Below the pieces are notes generated by a model that did not search any database, had not been told where the DNA came from, and saw only the letters and a program-made list of their open reading frames with translations. From NCBI GenBank assembly GCA_043228905.1, contig JBHGNT010000004.1:7378001-7442000 (forward strand): 64,000 nucleotides of DNA, written 5' to 3'. The stretch is from Azolla caroliniana (taxonomy: Eukaryota; Plantae; Polypodiophyta). A program made the position numbers and the translations under genes. Of the stretch, positions 33,240-44,932 are shown one piece after another. Each line of letters begins with the position of its first letter. Position 1 is the first letter of the stretch.

Positions 33240-36200
33240 ATGGAAGGCGGCGGCAGCGGGCAGCCGATGATGATGGTGCTGAATGCACAGAATTACGCCG
33301 ACTGGAAGATCAAGATGGAGGATCTTCTGATTGTTCGGGACCTGTACGAACCGATTGACAGGTCGGAAATACCGAAGGGGGTACTTGAGTCGGAGTGGAA
33401 GCTCCTGAACCGGAAAGCCGTAGCGACGATCCGACAATATGTCGACGTAAGCGTCCTGCAACATGTGGCGAACGACACCAACGCATACGAGATGTGGAAG
33501 AAGCTGTCTGGCCTCTATGAGAGGAAGAATGCGTTGAACCGGACCTCCCTGATGAGGAAGATAGTGAACCTCAAGTACCGGGACGGCGAGAGTATGGTAG
33601 AACACGTAAGCACGTTCATGGGATTCGTGAATCAGCTTGCGGCGATCAAGTTCCCGCTGGAGGATGCAATGCAAGCCATCATCCTGATGTGTACATTGCC
33701 GGACAGCTGGGAGAACTTGGTGGTGACTCTCAGCACCTCCTGCACCGAAGATAACTTGTCCCTACAAACGGTAAAGACAAGTATTCTGAATGAAGAAGCG
33801 CGTCGGAGAGATAAGGAACCGGCCTCCGACCCGAAGATGCTGCTTACCGAATCGGAACGGGGAAGACACTGGAACCGGAGTCCGCAAAGACGGGAGAAGT
33901 CGGGGACCCGGTCGCAGTCAAGAGGAAGGCCCACGTGCTTCCACTGTGGGAAGCCGGGGCACTTCCGGAAGAATTGTCGGCATTACCGAAAGGACAACGG
34001 AGCCGACGACACCGATTCGAAGAAGTCACCGGAGAGAAACGGTGCATATCGGGGAGCCACGGACCGGAGAGGTTCGGATCGGCGAGGGCAGGACCGGAAA
34101 GGAACGACGGCACTCGCGGCAAGTGAAGAAGAAATCATGCTCATTACCGAAGAGAGGGAGCTGAACCTTGCCGGCGTAGAGATGACCTGGGTGGTCGATT
34201 CCGGAGCGTCGTTCCACCTGACCCCGGAGAAGAAATACTTCTCATCCTACACAGCCGGTGAGCATGGCTGTGTTCGGATGGGAAATGAAGGTACGTGCCG
34301 GATTGCCGGCATAGGAGACGTGTGGTTGACAACCCCGACCGGATGCAAAATGCTGCTGAAGGATGTCCGACACGTTCCGGAGGTTCGACTGAACCTGATT
34401 TCGGCCGGGAGGCTAGACGATGAAGGCTACACAGGTAGCATCCGGAACGGTGTCATGAAGTTCAGCAAAGGGAGCTTGATAGTGGCTCGGGCCCGGAAGG
34501 TCAACACACTGTACCTGATGAATGCCTGGTTATGTCCGGAAGAGCTGAATGTGGCAGCCGACACTGCCGGTGAGCTGTGGCACAAAAGACTGTGCCACAT
34601 GAGTGAGAAGGGGATGAAGAGGCTTGCAGAAGACAACCTTATTCCAGTGAAGCATGTGCACCTGGAGAAGTGCACCGACTGCCTGGCCGGTAAGCAAAAC
34701 CGAACCTCCTTCCACTCAAGGCCACCGACGAGACGTAGCGCACCATTGGAGTTGGTGCACACTGATGTGTGTCAGGTAGAAACGAAGTCACATGGCGGAG
34801 CCCAGTACTTCGTGACATTCATTGATGATCACAGCCGGAAGCTGTGGACGGCACCGTTGAAGACAAAGGACCAAGTGTTGTCCGTCTTCAAAGAACTCCA
34901 CGCGAGAGTGGAAAGGGAATCCGGCAAGAAGCTGAAAGCGATACGAGCGGATAACGGAGGGGAATACCGGGGGCAGTTCCAGGAGTACTGTCGCTCGAAG
35001 GGAATCCGACTCGAGTTTACTGTGCCGAAGACGCCGGAACTGAACGGGCTGGCCGAGAGGATGAACCGGACCATAATGGAGAGGGTCCGGAGTATGCTGG
35101 CGCATGCGAAATTACCCAAGGGGTTTTGGGCTGAGGCAATGTCGACGGCGACATATGTGATAAACAGATCACCCTCAGTTCCTTTGGACGGAGACACGCC
35201 GCAGAGAGTGTGGACCGGTAAGGAAGTGTCCTACCGGCATCTGAAGGTGTTCGGGTGTCTCGCATACGTGCATGTGGCAAAGGACCGGAGAGGAAAGCTA
35301 GATCCTAAGACCCGGCCATGCATATTCCTCGGTTACGGCGACGACGAGTTCGGCTACCGAGTATGGGACCCGGTCGACAAGAAGATATTCAGGAGTCGAG
35401 ACATCATCTTCATGGAGGACAAGACACTCGCCGACTGGGAGTCGGAGAAGAAGATGAAGAGCTCCAAGTCGATCGGTGAGGATCAACTCTACGAGGAGCA
35501 GTCCCGACCGGCAAGGGACCGGTTAACACTCGAGGATCCGGCCGAAGACGGTGAAGAAACAGAACCGGCCGAAGAAGATGAAAACGATACCGGAACCGGC
35601 CCCGATCCCGAAATGGATTCGGATGAAGAAGAATCGGAAGAACCAGTTACCGAAGCTCCGGAACGGAGATATCCTCTAAGAGAGAGAAGGGCCCCCCGGA
35701 GATTTCCGGAACCAGAGCACGTGCTGCTAACCGACGAAGGGGAGCCGGAGAGCTTTGAAGAAGCAAAGCATGACACCCAGAGCCGCAGGTGGTTGAGTGC
35801 CATGCAGGACGAGATGGATTCCCTGCATGAGAACCACACATATGAACTTGTGGAGTTGCCGAAAGGAAAACGGGCACTCCGTAACAAGTGGGTGTTCAAG
35901 CTGAAACCGGGAGATGCCGGAAACCCCCCGAGATACAAAGCCAGGATCGTGGTGAAGGGGTTTCAGCAGAAGAAGGGCGTCGACTTCGACGAGATATTTG
36001 CCCCGGTAGTGAAGATGACCTCCATCCGGACGGTGCTGAGCATAGCGGCAAGCATGGACCTCGAGGTAGAACAGATGGACGTGAAGACGGCATTCCTTCA
36101 CGGTGACCTCGAAGAAGAGATCTACATGCAGCAACCGGAAGGATTCGAGAAGAAAGGGAAGGAGCACCTGGTATGCCGGTTGAAGAAGAGCCTTTACGGA

Positions 36201-37313
36201 CTGAAGCAGGCTCCCCGGCAATGGTACCGGAAGTTCGACTCCTTCATGACCGACGAAGGGTACCTCAAAACGCAGTCCGACCACTGCGTGTTTGTGAAGA
36301 AGTTCGAAGGAGGAGACTCCCTAATACTCCTCCTGTACGTGGACGACATGTTGATCGTCGGACGGGACCAGGTCAAGATACGGATGCTGAAGAAGGCTCT
36401 TCACCGAACCTTCTCAATGAAGGACCTGGGTCCGGCGAGGCAAATACTAGGGATGCACATCATCCGGGACCGGAGCAAGAAGCAGTTGTGGCTGTCACAA
36501 GAGAAGTACGTGACAAAGGTGCTTCAACGGTTCAACATGTCGGAAGCAAGACCGGTCGGATCAACCCTACCGGCAAACTGCAAGTTGTCCAGCAAGCAAA
36601 GTCCCAAGACAAAGGCTGAAAAGGAGGATATGATGAAAGTGCCGTATGCCTCAGCTGTCGGGAGCTTGATGTACGCCATGGTGTGTACGAGACCGGACAT
36701 CGGATATGCAGTCGGAGTGGTGAGCCGGTACATGAGCAATCCCGGCAAAGAGCATTGGAACGCGGCCAAGTGGATACTCCGATACCTGAAGGGCACGGCA
36801 AACGTGTGCCTCCGATTCGGCTCCGGTAAGCCCGAACTCGACGGCTTCACCGATTCGGATATGTCGGCTGATGCAGATACCAGCCGGTCCACATCAGGGT
36901 ATGTGATGACGTTTGCAGGGGGAGCTGTTTCGTGGCAGTCGAGGCTGCAGAAAACGGTTGCGTTGTCAACCACGGAGGCGGAGTACATGGTAGCTGTTGA
37001 AGCCGGCAAGGAAATAATATGGATGAAGGACTTCATTAGAGAGCTCGGTATCCGGCAAGAGGAGTACCGACTCTACTGCGACAGTCAGAGTGCCATCCAC
37101 CTTGCGAAGAACGCAGCCTATCACTCCCGGACGAAGCACATCCAGCGAAGATATCACTGGATCCGGGAAAGGATAGAAGACAAGGAGTTCGTGCTGACGA
37201 AGATCCACACCGACGAGAACGGGTCGGATATGCTGACCAAGGTCCTCACACCCGACAAGCTGGAAGCATGCCGGAAGAGGGTCGGATTGGAGAGACATCC
37301 CATGCCGAAGTGA
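33240..37313 (+). CDS. Gag-Pol polyprotein (1357 aa): Gag, zinc knuckle, protease, integrase, RT, RNase H
   Basis: First ATG after the PBS (MEGGGSGQ). Motifs: CFHCGKPGHFRKNC, VVDSGASFH, LWHKRLCH...CTDC, VHTD/ADNGGEY/NGLAERMNR, YKARIVVKG, LYVDDML, GFTDSD...EAEY...YCDS...SDMLTK. Confidence 0.97.
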   Translation: MEGGGSGQPMMMVLNAQNYADWKIKMEDLLIVRDLYEPIDRSEIPKGVLESEWKLLNRKAVATIRQYVDVSVLQHVANDTNAYEMWKKLSGLYERKNALNRTSLMRKIVNLKYRDGESMVEHVSTFMGFVNQLAAIKFPLEDAMQAIILMCTLPDSWENLVVTLSTSCTEDNLSLQTVKTSILNEEARRRDKEPASDPKMLLTESERGRHWNRSPQRREKSGTRSQSRGRPTCFHCGKPGHFRKNCRHYRKDNGADDTDSKKSPERNGAYRGATDRRGSDRRGQDRKGTTALAASEEEIMLITEERELNLAGVEMTWVVDSGASFHLTPEKKYFSSYTAGEHGCVRMGNEGTCRIAGIGDVWLTTPTGCKMLLKDVRHVPEVRLNLISAGRLDDEGYTGSIRNGVMKFSKGSLIVARARKVNTLYLMNAWLCPEELNVAADTAGELWHKRLCHMSEKGMKRLAEDNLIPVKHVHLEKCTDCLAGKQNRTSFHSRPPTRRSAPLELVHTDVCQVETKSHGGAQYFVTFIDDHSRKLWTAPLKTKDQVLSVFKELHARVERESGKKLKAIRADNGGEYRGQFQEYCRSKGIRLEFTVPKTPELNGLAERMNRTIMERVRSMLAHAKLPKGFWAEAMSTATYVINRSPSVPLDGDTPQRVWTGKEVSYRHLKVFGCLAYVHVAKDRRGKLDPKTRPCIFLGYGDDEFGYRVWDPVDKKIFRSRDIIFMEDKTLADWESEKKMKSSKSIGEDQLYEEQSRPARDRLTLEDPAEDGEETEPAEEDENDTGTGPDPEMDSDEEESEEPVTEAPERRYPLRERRAPRRFPEPEHVLLTDEGEPESFEEAKHDTQSRRWLSAMQDEMDSLHENHTYELVELPKGKRALRNKWVFKLKPGDAGNPPRYKARIVVKGFQQKKGVDFDEIFAPVVKMTSIRTVLSIAASMDLEVEQMDVKTAFLHGDLEEEIYMQQPEGFEKKGKEHLVCRLKKSLYGLKQAPRQWYRKFDSFMTDEGYLKTQSDHCVFVKKFEGGDSLILLLYVDDMLIVGRDQVKIRMLKKALHRTFSMKDLGPARQILGMHIIRDRSKKQLWLSQEKYVTKVLQRFNMSEARPVGSTLPANCKLSSKQSPKTKAEKEDMMKVPYASAVGSLMYAMVCTRPDIGYAVGVVSRYMSNPGKEHWNAAKWILRYLKGTANVCLRFGSGKPELDGFTDSDMSADADTSRSTSGYVMTFAGGAVSWQSRLQKTVALSTTEAEYMVAVEAGKEIIWMKDFIRELGIRQEEYRLYCDSQSAIHLAKNAAYHSRTKHIQRRYHWIRERIEDKEFVLTKIHTDENGSDMLTKVLTPDKLEACRKRVGLERHPMPK

Positions 37314-37323
37314 AGGGGGAGTT

Positions 37324-37943
37324 TGTTGGGATTACGGTCCCTTCGGATGGGATGGTCGGATATCGGAGATGAATGCCGACAAGCCCGGTTTCGGTTTCGG
37401 ATCCGGATGACGAAGACCCCGGCTTCGGTGCCGGATGACGAATGTACCCGAAGAGCGATCCGGATGCAGGGACATATCCGTGAATATGTTCGCTACGAGC
37501 CCCCTGAGGCTATAGTTGTAAATAGCCCAAAGTCATATAAGTATAAATATGACTTAGGGCAAACAGTTTTTCTGTTGCTTCTCATTTTTCTGTTTTTCCA
37601 CTTTAGAGGAGTGAAGAGAGAGCAGCCGTGAGAGAGAGAAAGAGAGAGAGCGCGAGAGAGAAAGAGGTAGACGCCTCTGTGTATTTCCGCCGCCTGTGGC
37701 GAGGACAGCGAGCTCAAGGTCGTCGCCTTGGAGCTCGTCATTGTATACTTCTCTGTATAGTGTTGTTTGGAGTCTTGTACTCCCGTGGTTTTTTCCCCGT
37801 TTAGGGTTTTCCACGTTAATCCTTGTGTACTCGCGTTTCTTCGTTTTGTTTCTACGTGTGTTTCCTATTTTCTGCTCCATTGATCCGCGATTAATCGGTT
37901 GTGGCCGAGATAAGAAGGTGGAGAGAAGCGTCAATTCTCAACA
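37324..37943 (+). repeat. 3' LTR of the intact Copia
   Basis: Direct repeat of 32591-33210, preceded by the PPT. Confidence 0.97.
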
Positions 37944-38166
37944 AATAAGACCCTCTAACCTTCTTTTATAGTTGTGAAGGATTTTTGCATGAGCACCACT
38001 TGTCACACATGTACTTTGCATGCATACTACTTCAGTATGCATATACTACATGCATTTATCATTAAGTAATATTGAATGTTGAATATAACAAACCAATAAT
38101 GGCTTGACGGTTAAGCTAGATGTTAAGAATTAGGTAAGTAATTAAGAGTTAATTAGTACCTAATTA

Positions 38167-38559
38167 TGTGAAAAGGTTAAGTGCGGAAGATTATGTGATA
38201 TGTGTGTGTATGTCTGTGAGAGGAAGAGAGAGAGAGAGATACACTTATGAATAACACAAGATGGGGGATGAGTAAGTATATTAACTTAGCATTATCATCA
38301 TCAAATACAAAAATACCCACAATGAGGTATATATACATCTCATGTGCAAAGGTGCACATGTGTGAGTAGAATATAGGTACTAATGTGTAAGTCCTATATT
38401 AAATGTACTTAGGAGTGGAGGATCTAGAATATCCCACTTAAGTACAAGGTCCTATTTAAGGCGTTATAGTCAACACTTCTAACTAGATTCTATCTAGGTA
38501 ACTACGAAGTTACATTGTTGACTAACTAACTAAACTAAATTGAGCTTGATCTCTCAACA
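38167..38559 (-). mobile_element. Copia-type LTR (solo or fragment)
   Basis: TGTGAAA...CTCTCAACA; the right half is similar to the LTR at 11216-11436. No clean TSD. Confidence 0.6.
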
Positions 38560-38589
38560 CTAGATAATTATGAACACACATGTCATGTG

Positions 38590-41500
38590 CTTAAGTCCTT
38601 CCAGGTACGAGTTTCAGACTCGGCCGAGATATGCTTTGGTCACTCGGGGGCTCCTGTGGTCCAGAAAGCCTTGTCATAATCGGACTTTCTTCAAACATGT
38701 GTCTGAGTAGAAATTCATCTTCTATTTCTCATTCAGCCGATTTCAGGTCGATTGGAGTAGAAATCAGAGTCGTCTCTAGATCGTACCAGGATGCTGACTC
38801 GTCGAAAATGACGTATTGACTCACTCGAGCTTTTGCAGGTAGATGGGTTGTAGTATTTGTACCCCTTCTATTCGAGCAAGTACCCTATAAGGATACATTT
38901 CTCCGACTTCGGGTCGAGCTTTTGTCATGTCTCGTTGGGAATACATGTAGGCGATTGAGCTGAAAATCCGTACATGTGATAAATCCGACTTCTTTCCAAA
39001 AACCCTCTCACCAGGGGTTACGTCGTGTACCCCAGAAGTTGTACACCTATTCATGAGATATACGACCGTGTTCGCCACTTCTGCCTAGTACGATTTCGGC
39101 AGGTTCTTCTCATTCATCGTTGCTCGTGCAACGTCTACTATCTGTTGATTCTTCCATTCAGCTACACCATTTTGCTGAGGTGTATGTCGACACGAGAATT
39201 CTCGTCGAATTCCTTCCTTTCAGAGATACAACCTCCGAATGTTGCGATCTGGGTTGGTCCCCACACATCTGAATGTACTACATCTAGGATCCCTTTACTC
39301 ACATTCCTCTCTTTCAGGAACAGATGTCGGTGTTGTTTTCCGAATTGGCACGCCTCGCATATGCCCGTAATCTCTTTCTAAGTAAATGTCGGGAGTCCGA
39401 CTACATGTTTTGGAGCTTTTGGAGATTGATATGGCTAATTCTCTTGTGCCACAGTTTCAAGTCTGTTTCAAATTTGAGGCCTTTTGTGAACATAGCTGAT
39501 TTCACCTCCTCTGATTCGAGGATGAACATTCAGCCTTCTCGGCGACTATGCGCTATGATTTGATCGTCCTTTTCGATGAAGCACCCTTCATTATTGAATC
39601 GTACTTGCATACCTTGTTCGACAATCTGACCGACCGAGACCAGGTTTTTCGTGATGGTTGGGACATGCAAGACATTCTTGAGGTAGGTTTGTTTGCTATC
39701 ATTTCCAAATGGAACATTTACGACATGCCGAATTGGGTGAGTCGTATCATCTCCGGTTTCGACATAGCCGGGTCAATCGGGCTTTCATAATTCTCAGAAC
39801 CAATCTTCATGGCACGTCATGTGATTGGATGTTGCCGAGTCGACAAACCATATGCTCTCTGAAGAAGAGGTGTTAGTCGAGGCTTGTGCTGATATTGAAT
39901 GTGCTTCATACCTCATTACGAACATCTGCCAAGATTGTCGTAGTCGGAATTCGAAGCGTAGTTTGTGAGTTGTCGGTTAGTCGAAGCCGAGTCTCGTAAC
40001 TTTTTTCGGCACTCCTCCTCATAGTGGTCCTGTTTTCCACAGTACCCGCATTTGATCGGGTTGTTACAATTGCTCGGTCCGGAAGGGTGGCTCCCCCTTC
40101 TACCAAACTCTCTGGGACGGTGTCATGAAAATCCATCACTATGTGCGGATCGTGAGGCAGAACCGTCGGGGTTATGGACGGGAAGGAAATAGGGCTCACA
40201 CCCACAACACACGGAATTCTTACACAAACAAGGCACGAGTATTCGAACGTGTTTGTGAAAAGGAGAGGTGCATGGGCATGCCCGAAATGCTCCCTTGTCA
40301 CAAGAGACACAAACAAATAAGCACAAATGACGATAACAAATAAGCACAATCAAGATTTACACATAAGACAAGTAGATGAAAGAAAACATTAGTTTATATC
40401 AATATAATAGATTCTTTTATAATATAAGAATCATGTTACAATGGGTTGAATGCAAGTATGAAGGATTGTTTATAAATGAATGGGGGAAGAGAGTGGAGTA
40501 TAGAAGGAGTTTCTTTGTTGATGATGGCTCTCGATGTTGTGGATCCTTCTTCTTCCGCTTTCCAATTGAGTAGAGCTTCCGTATTCCTTCTCCCTCCCCC
40601 TTTCTTCACTAGAATAGGCTCTTATTTATAGGTTTAGGATTGCTTGCCTTTTTCCCCTAAAAAAACGCTTGTCTATATGAGTCAATTATTCTTTTCTTCA
40701 CTATTTCTATTTTCTAGCCCCAAATTTCACATGCAAGATATTCTTGGAAAGCTCTTTAGGTTAGCTTTCTTATGCATCTTCTCTTTTCTAATTTGGACAT
40801 TTAACGAGGACATTATGACCTCTTTACTTGACCTTGCTCCTCATATCCACGACTAGCTTTTCTTTTCCCATCTTTTTCTCTATTTTCGTCTACTTTCGAA
40901 AACCTCTTCTAACTTTTTATCCTTTCATTTATTACTATAGTAGACTTAAGAAAATTAGTTTATTTGGACCACTATTTTATTCTCTTTTGAGGGTGATTTC
41001 ACACTATGTGTCGAAAACATCACGACAACGGTTCCTGTCCTCTTGCCATTGGTGGGAGTTATGCTCTTGGGTCAGCCGACCGTGTCAGCCTCGTTCGAAC
41101 CAGCCTTGTTCGAACCGACCTCTATTTCCACGGCCGAATCATCTTCCATCATCCTACTGTGAGTAGAGCATCTGACCATCAGGCACATTGTTCCTTTGTC
41201 GAACGTGATTTTCTTCAACCAACAAAATCGATTGAAGGTTGAAAAAGGAGGGAGGCTTCTCCCTCGCAAGAATGGCCGATCTGATCGTGCCAAATCGAGG
41301 TGCCAAGCCACCGAGGACCATTTCATCATTATCGATGACAACATTAATCGAACCAAGGACATCACATAACTCCTTGATCTTCAAGGTATATCTAGTGATT
41401 GACATATCCCTCTATTGCACGTTGTTTAGCTCCTGTCGAAGTTGGAGCTTTCGTGCAACTGTATTGGCTGCAAAAATCTTCTTGAGATTTCCCCAAGCTT

Positions 41501-42166
41501 CTTTCAGCGTTTTCGAATCTTGAATATAGCCAAGCATGTGGTTATAAACGCATGACACAAGGTAGTACAACACACGGCTCGCAGCCTGCTCCCACGTTAG
41601 GTAGTCGGCGTGTGTCGGGTTGGGTTGCGTTTCGTGAGCTCCCTCGATGTAACTCTAGTAACCTTGTCTGACAAGGTACTTATGCATCTTGTACTCCCAA
41701 GATGCAAAGTTTGTTCTATCGAGCTTCTCGGTGGGAAGAGCGCTTCCCATCTGGGTGTTCATTGTCGAACTTCTTCTACCCTTGATGCGAGCTTGAGCAC
41801 AACACACGTAAAGGCAATGGGCTTGGATCAAGCTACCACACGCTCTGATACCATGAAAAGAATCAAGAGTGATTCTGTGCAGCGACTGTGTGTGTATGTG
41901 AGACAAGAGAGAATGAGGGAGGGAGGGAGGGAGAGAGCTCTAGACAAGAAATTGTATGTTACATCCAATCGCAACTAAGTTACAAAAGGTTGGTCTAAAT
42001 ACTAACTGATCTAGGGCAAGTGCCTTTTCTACTAATTACAAATCTAGCCTACTATGATGTCCACTAAGTAGTGTGAACGATGTCTTTGTGGGAAGTTGAG
42101 TTTGATTCTCAACAAGTATCCTAGAGTGTGTTCCCACACACGGGAAGTTGAGTTTGATTCTCAACA
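38590..42166 (-). mobile_element. Decayed Copia 5' half (Copia-1 related): LTR, PBS, gag, protease, integrase
   Basis: PBS complement GCTCTGATACCA at 41842-41853, LTR 41854-42114 with its last 25 bp repeated to 42166. Gag LPTEKLDRTNFASWEYKMH; integrase remnants (SHVRIFSSIAY). Confidence 0.85.
40121..41027 (-). mobile_element. Gypsy solo LTR inserted in Copia gag
   Basis: TGTCATG...CACGACA with a perfect 4-bp TSD ACGG (40117-40120 / 41028-41031). The first ~55 bp match the LTRs at 8529 and 23372. Confidence 0.9.
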
Positions 42167-44279
42167 TTCCGTAAAGAAATTTCAACCTTTGACCTTTTCA
42201 TCCCAATGGATAACTAACTCTTATAATTTGGCCTAACTTTTGTGGTGTCTTCATGTCTTTATTTCTCTATGATGTCAGATACTTTTTCATTGTGTTTATT
42301 ATCCTCATAGGTTTCATTACCTAGATATTGTGAAGATTCCTCCAACCTAAGACTCATATATTATCATACTCAAGTTTAACAACTTGGCACATTGTAATCC
42401 TAGGTAACAATGTTTGTTGCAGTAGAATGACATGCATAATTGTTTGTGGAGCCCTAGAAGGTGATTTAGGGTGGTCTATGTATGCCTTTATTTTGAATCA
42501 CCCATTTGAGGGTTTGTCAGTAGTTCTCAGGATTGTGTATCACAAATTCCTTACACCAGTTACTAAGTCGGTTTTTGTTTGTGTAACAATGGGCATTCAT
42601 GTATGATGTACCACGTGGTGACCATGGCATGTAGGGCAATGTATGTTCTCACAATTGGTATATGAGGAGGGTCGGTCCACTTTTCTAGTACCTTGACTGG
42701 TTGTAGGAGAATATGAAATTTGTAACCCCCCACCCACCCACCCACCCAATCGCAAAAGATTTGGAACCAAGTTAGTGGGTGTTTGTGAACCATCATAACT
42801 AACATGCATGTTGGTTGAAGGTTACATTGGCCGGCTTACAAGAAAATTGATGTTTGTGGTGCACACTAATGATGTATGCCATAAGTTGGTTGAAGATAGA
42901 GGTTGGTTAACAAATAAGTTTTTTGGATACATGGCACATTACTCGACATGTAAAGTGGCGGCGATTAGTATTAGATGTAGGATGGTATTCTCATCTTCCA
43001 TTTCGCACAAAGGTGTTTCTTTGTTGTGCGACAGTCGATGGGTTAACTTTGGTGATGATTTTTAAATGAAGACATATTTCGAATGGGATACTTTTTTTTG
43101 TATAGTGGTGTACAAATATGCTAGACATAGATTCATTACAGGCCCATTTGCTAAAGCCATTTGAGTGGTTATACCACAAGTTTAGGCATCAATAGCAAAA
43201 ATTTGTTTGTCACATTTTCATTGAAGGTCCTAAAGTTATACTCATGCCATCATATCATGTCGCTTTTTACTACTTTAGGTATTGGGGAATGTGTTTTAAT
43301 TGGACCATGTGAAATGGGTCCCAAATATTTTAGGTAAATCCAAGGATGGTTTTCCTGGTGTGCCGAGTTGGGTTGGTTTTTCATTGTTCTTGTTTGATGG
43401 ACTTTGTGGGGGAACTCAACAACACTGTAGGATGAAAGGGAAGTTGATTTGGCAATGGGGACGTTGTTCCAAGATGAGGTAGAGTTATGTCACCTAGTAT
43501 AAGTTACACACTTGAGAAGGTTTACCTTGCCATATCACTACTAATGAAATAGTGGAGATAGCAAGGGTTGTATTATCCACATAAGATGGAACTATCATGT
43601 CCCTATAGGGATTTGTACATAATAATCTCATGTGTAAAATTTTATAACTAATGGAAGGAGTTTTTTTTGGAAAAAAAAGGGTTTTATTATCATCTTGTTT
43701 TAATAACAAACATACATTTACGAAAAGAAAATAGAAGGTTACATTTGCTACTAATGAAGAAGTTTTCGACATTGGGATCAAACAACCATGAATGAACTGA
43801 CTTATAAGTTTTTCCTTTGCCAACTTATCACCCTCTTCACATCTATTGTGGAGGATTTTGGTTCAACATATGTAATCTTGATCCATCTCTTTTGCTTCTT
43901 GCTTTGGAGAGAAGAGTTAGTATATTGGGTTCAATCTTGTCCCTCTACTTGCAAAGTTAGATAAATATTATTCCTTTATGTATAGGAAGTTCTTCTCGAC
44001 TTTGTTGGAAATGTGCAAAACCAAACTTTGGCTTAGTCTTTTAGTGTGAGACATAAAACAACCACTCTTATCCGAGCCATGAGTGACATGTAGATTTATC
44101 TTGACCTAACTCTTCATAGAGAAACTTAAATTTTTGTGTTGGGGATTTTATGTAGTTATAGTGATGTAATTTGAATATCACTTGGCCATGTGAAAAGGTA
44201 GATAAACAATGTCTTGGACAATTCATGATATTTGTGCAAACCAAAGACATTTCATTTAGATCTTCTACTTCGTATGCAT

Positions 44280-44932
44280 ATCCACCAAATGTTCCATGTC
44301 TCATTGCTGGAAACTTATGCTTCTAATCTCATTATGAATTGAGTTCCACATCCATTGCATGTTCAACTTGTTGAACTAGAGTTCAAAGTCGATGTTGTTT
44401 TAGACTCCAAGATAATGTACAACAAATTATACTACCCTCTTGATTAGTTCAGTTATATGTCTAGCAATCAAACTTGGGATTTAGTTGAGAATGTTTCTAA
44501 TGGTCCTGATTTTGTTTTATTGCCAATATACAAATAAACCAAGTCCCAATTTGTCTATTGTAATTAGTGAAACTTGTTGTCTAAGGAAAGACGGTTTCAC
44601 TAGCATAAAAACACCATAGATTATTTAGTATTGTACATGATTATATGATTGTGACACTTTATGTTACAACTAGTAATCTTGGTCATCAAGTTGCAAGCAT
44701 GCATCATAAGTATGTGGTGGGCATGCATAAGATTAGGAGTATATATATAGGGAAGACCACAATATTATCACACCATTGTGGTTCAATTATAGTCTTCAAA
44801 TAATCATGTAACTTTTCTTCTTCTTCTGTATGTATCATAAATTTATTTTTCTTTACTTTCTATTTTGTCAATAATGTATGTCCTACACACCTTCTTTGGA
44901 AGGGCTTTTGGTGTGTGTTAGGGTAGGGTTAC
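44280..44932 (+). mobile_element. Old chromovirus (Gypsy) remnant: integrase end, chromodomain and probable 3' LTR
   Basis: My translation gives FHVSLLETY (~44292), then EFKVDVVLDSKIMYNKLYYPLD*FSYMSSNQTWDLVENVSNGPDFV (~44379-44516), a chromodomain pattern. Purine tract at ~44583; LTR-like region with TATATATA ends GGGTTACA. Confidence 0.65.

Larger units (their letters stand above)
32591..37943 (+). mobile_element. Intact full-length Ty1/Copia retrotransposon, Tnt1/Tork-like (5353 bp)
   Basis: 620-bp LTRs at 32591-33210 and 37324-37943 (TG...CA, no differences found by eye). TSD AATAA at 32586-32590 and 37944-37948. PBS TGGTATCAGAGC at 33214-33225, PPT GAAGGGGGAG at 37312-37321, single uninterrupted ORF. 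Confidence 0.98.
32357..38166. mobile_element. AT-rich LTR-like sequence split by the intact Copia (32357-32590 and 37949-38166)
   Basis: Starts TGTTAGAG and continues across the AATAA TSD into CTTTTATAG (reverse TATA). No closing end was identified. Confidence 0.45.

Noticed and set aside
32506-33358. ORFs duplicated at 37323-37971
   Set aside because: These are chance frames in the two identical LTRs.
34447-34460. ACGG|TGTCATGAAG resembling a Gypsy LTR junction
   Set aside because: It lies in the uninterrupted Copia ORF (NGVMK) with no LTR sequence following, so it is coincidental.
42170-44270. Possible very old Gypsy integrase remnants
   Set aside because: Only scattered weak motifs (e.g. 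CPHCQ-like on the minus strand); too decayed to define strand or boundaries.
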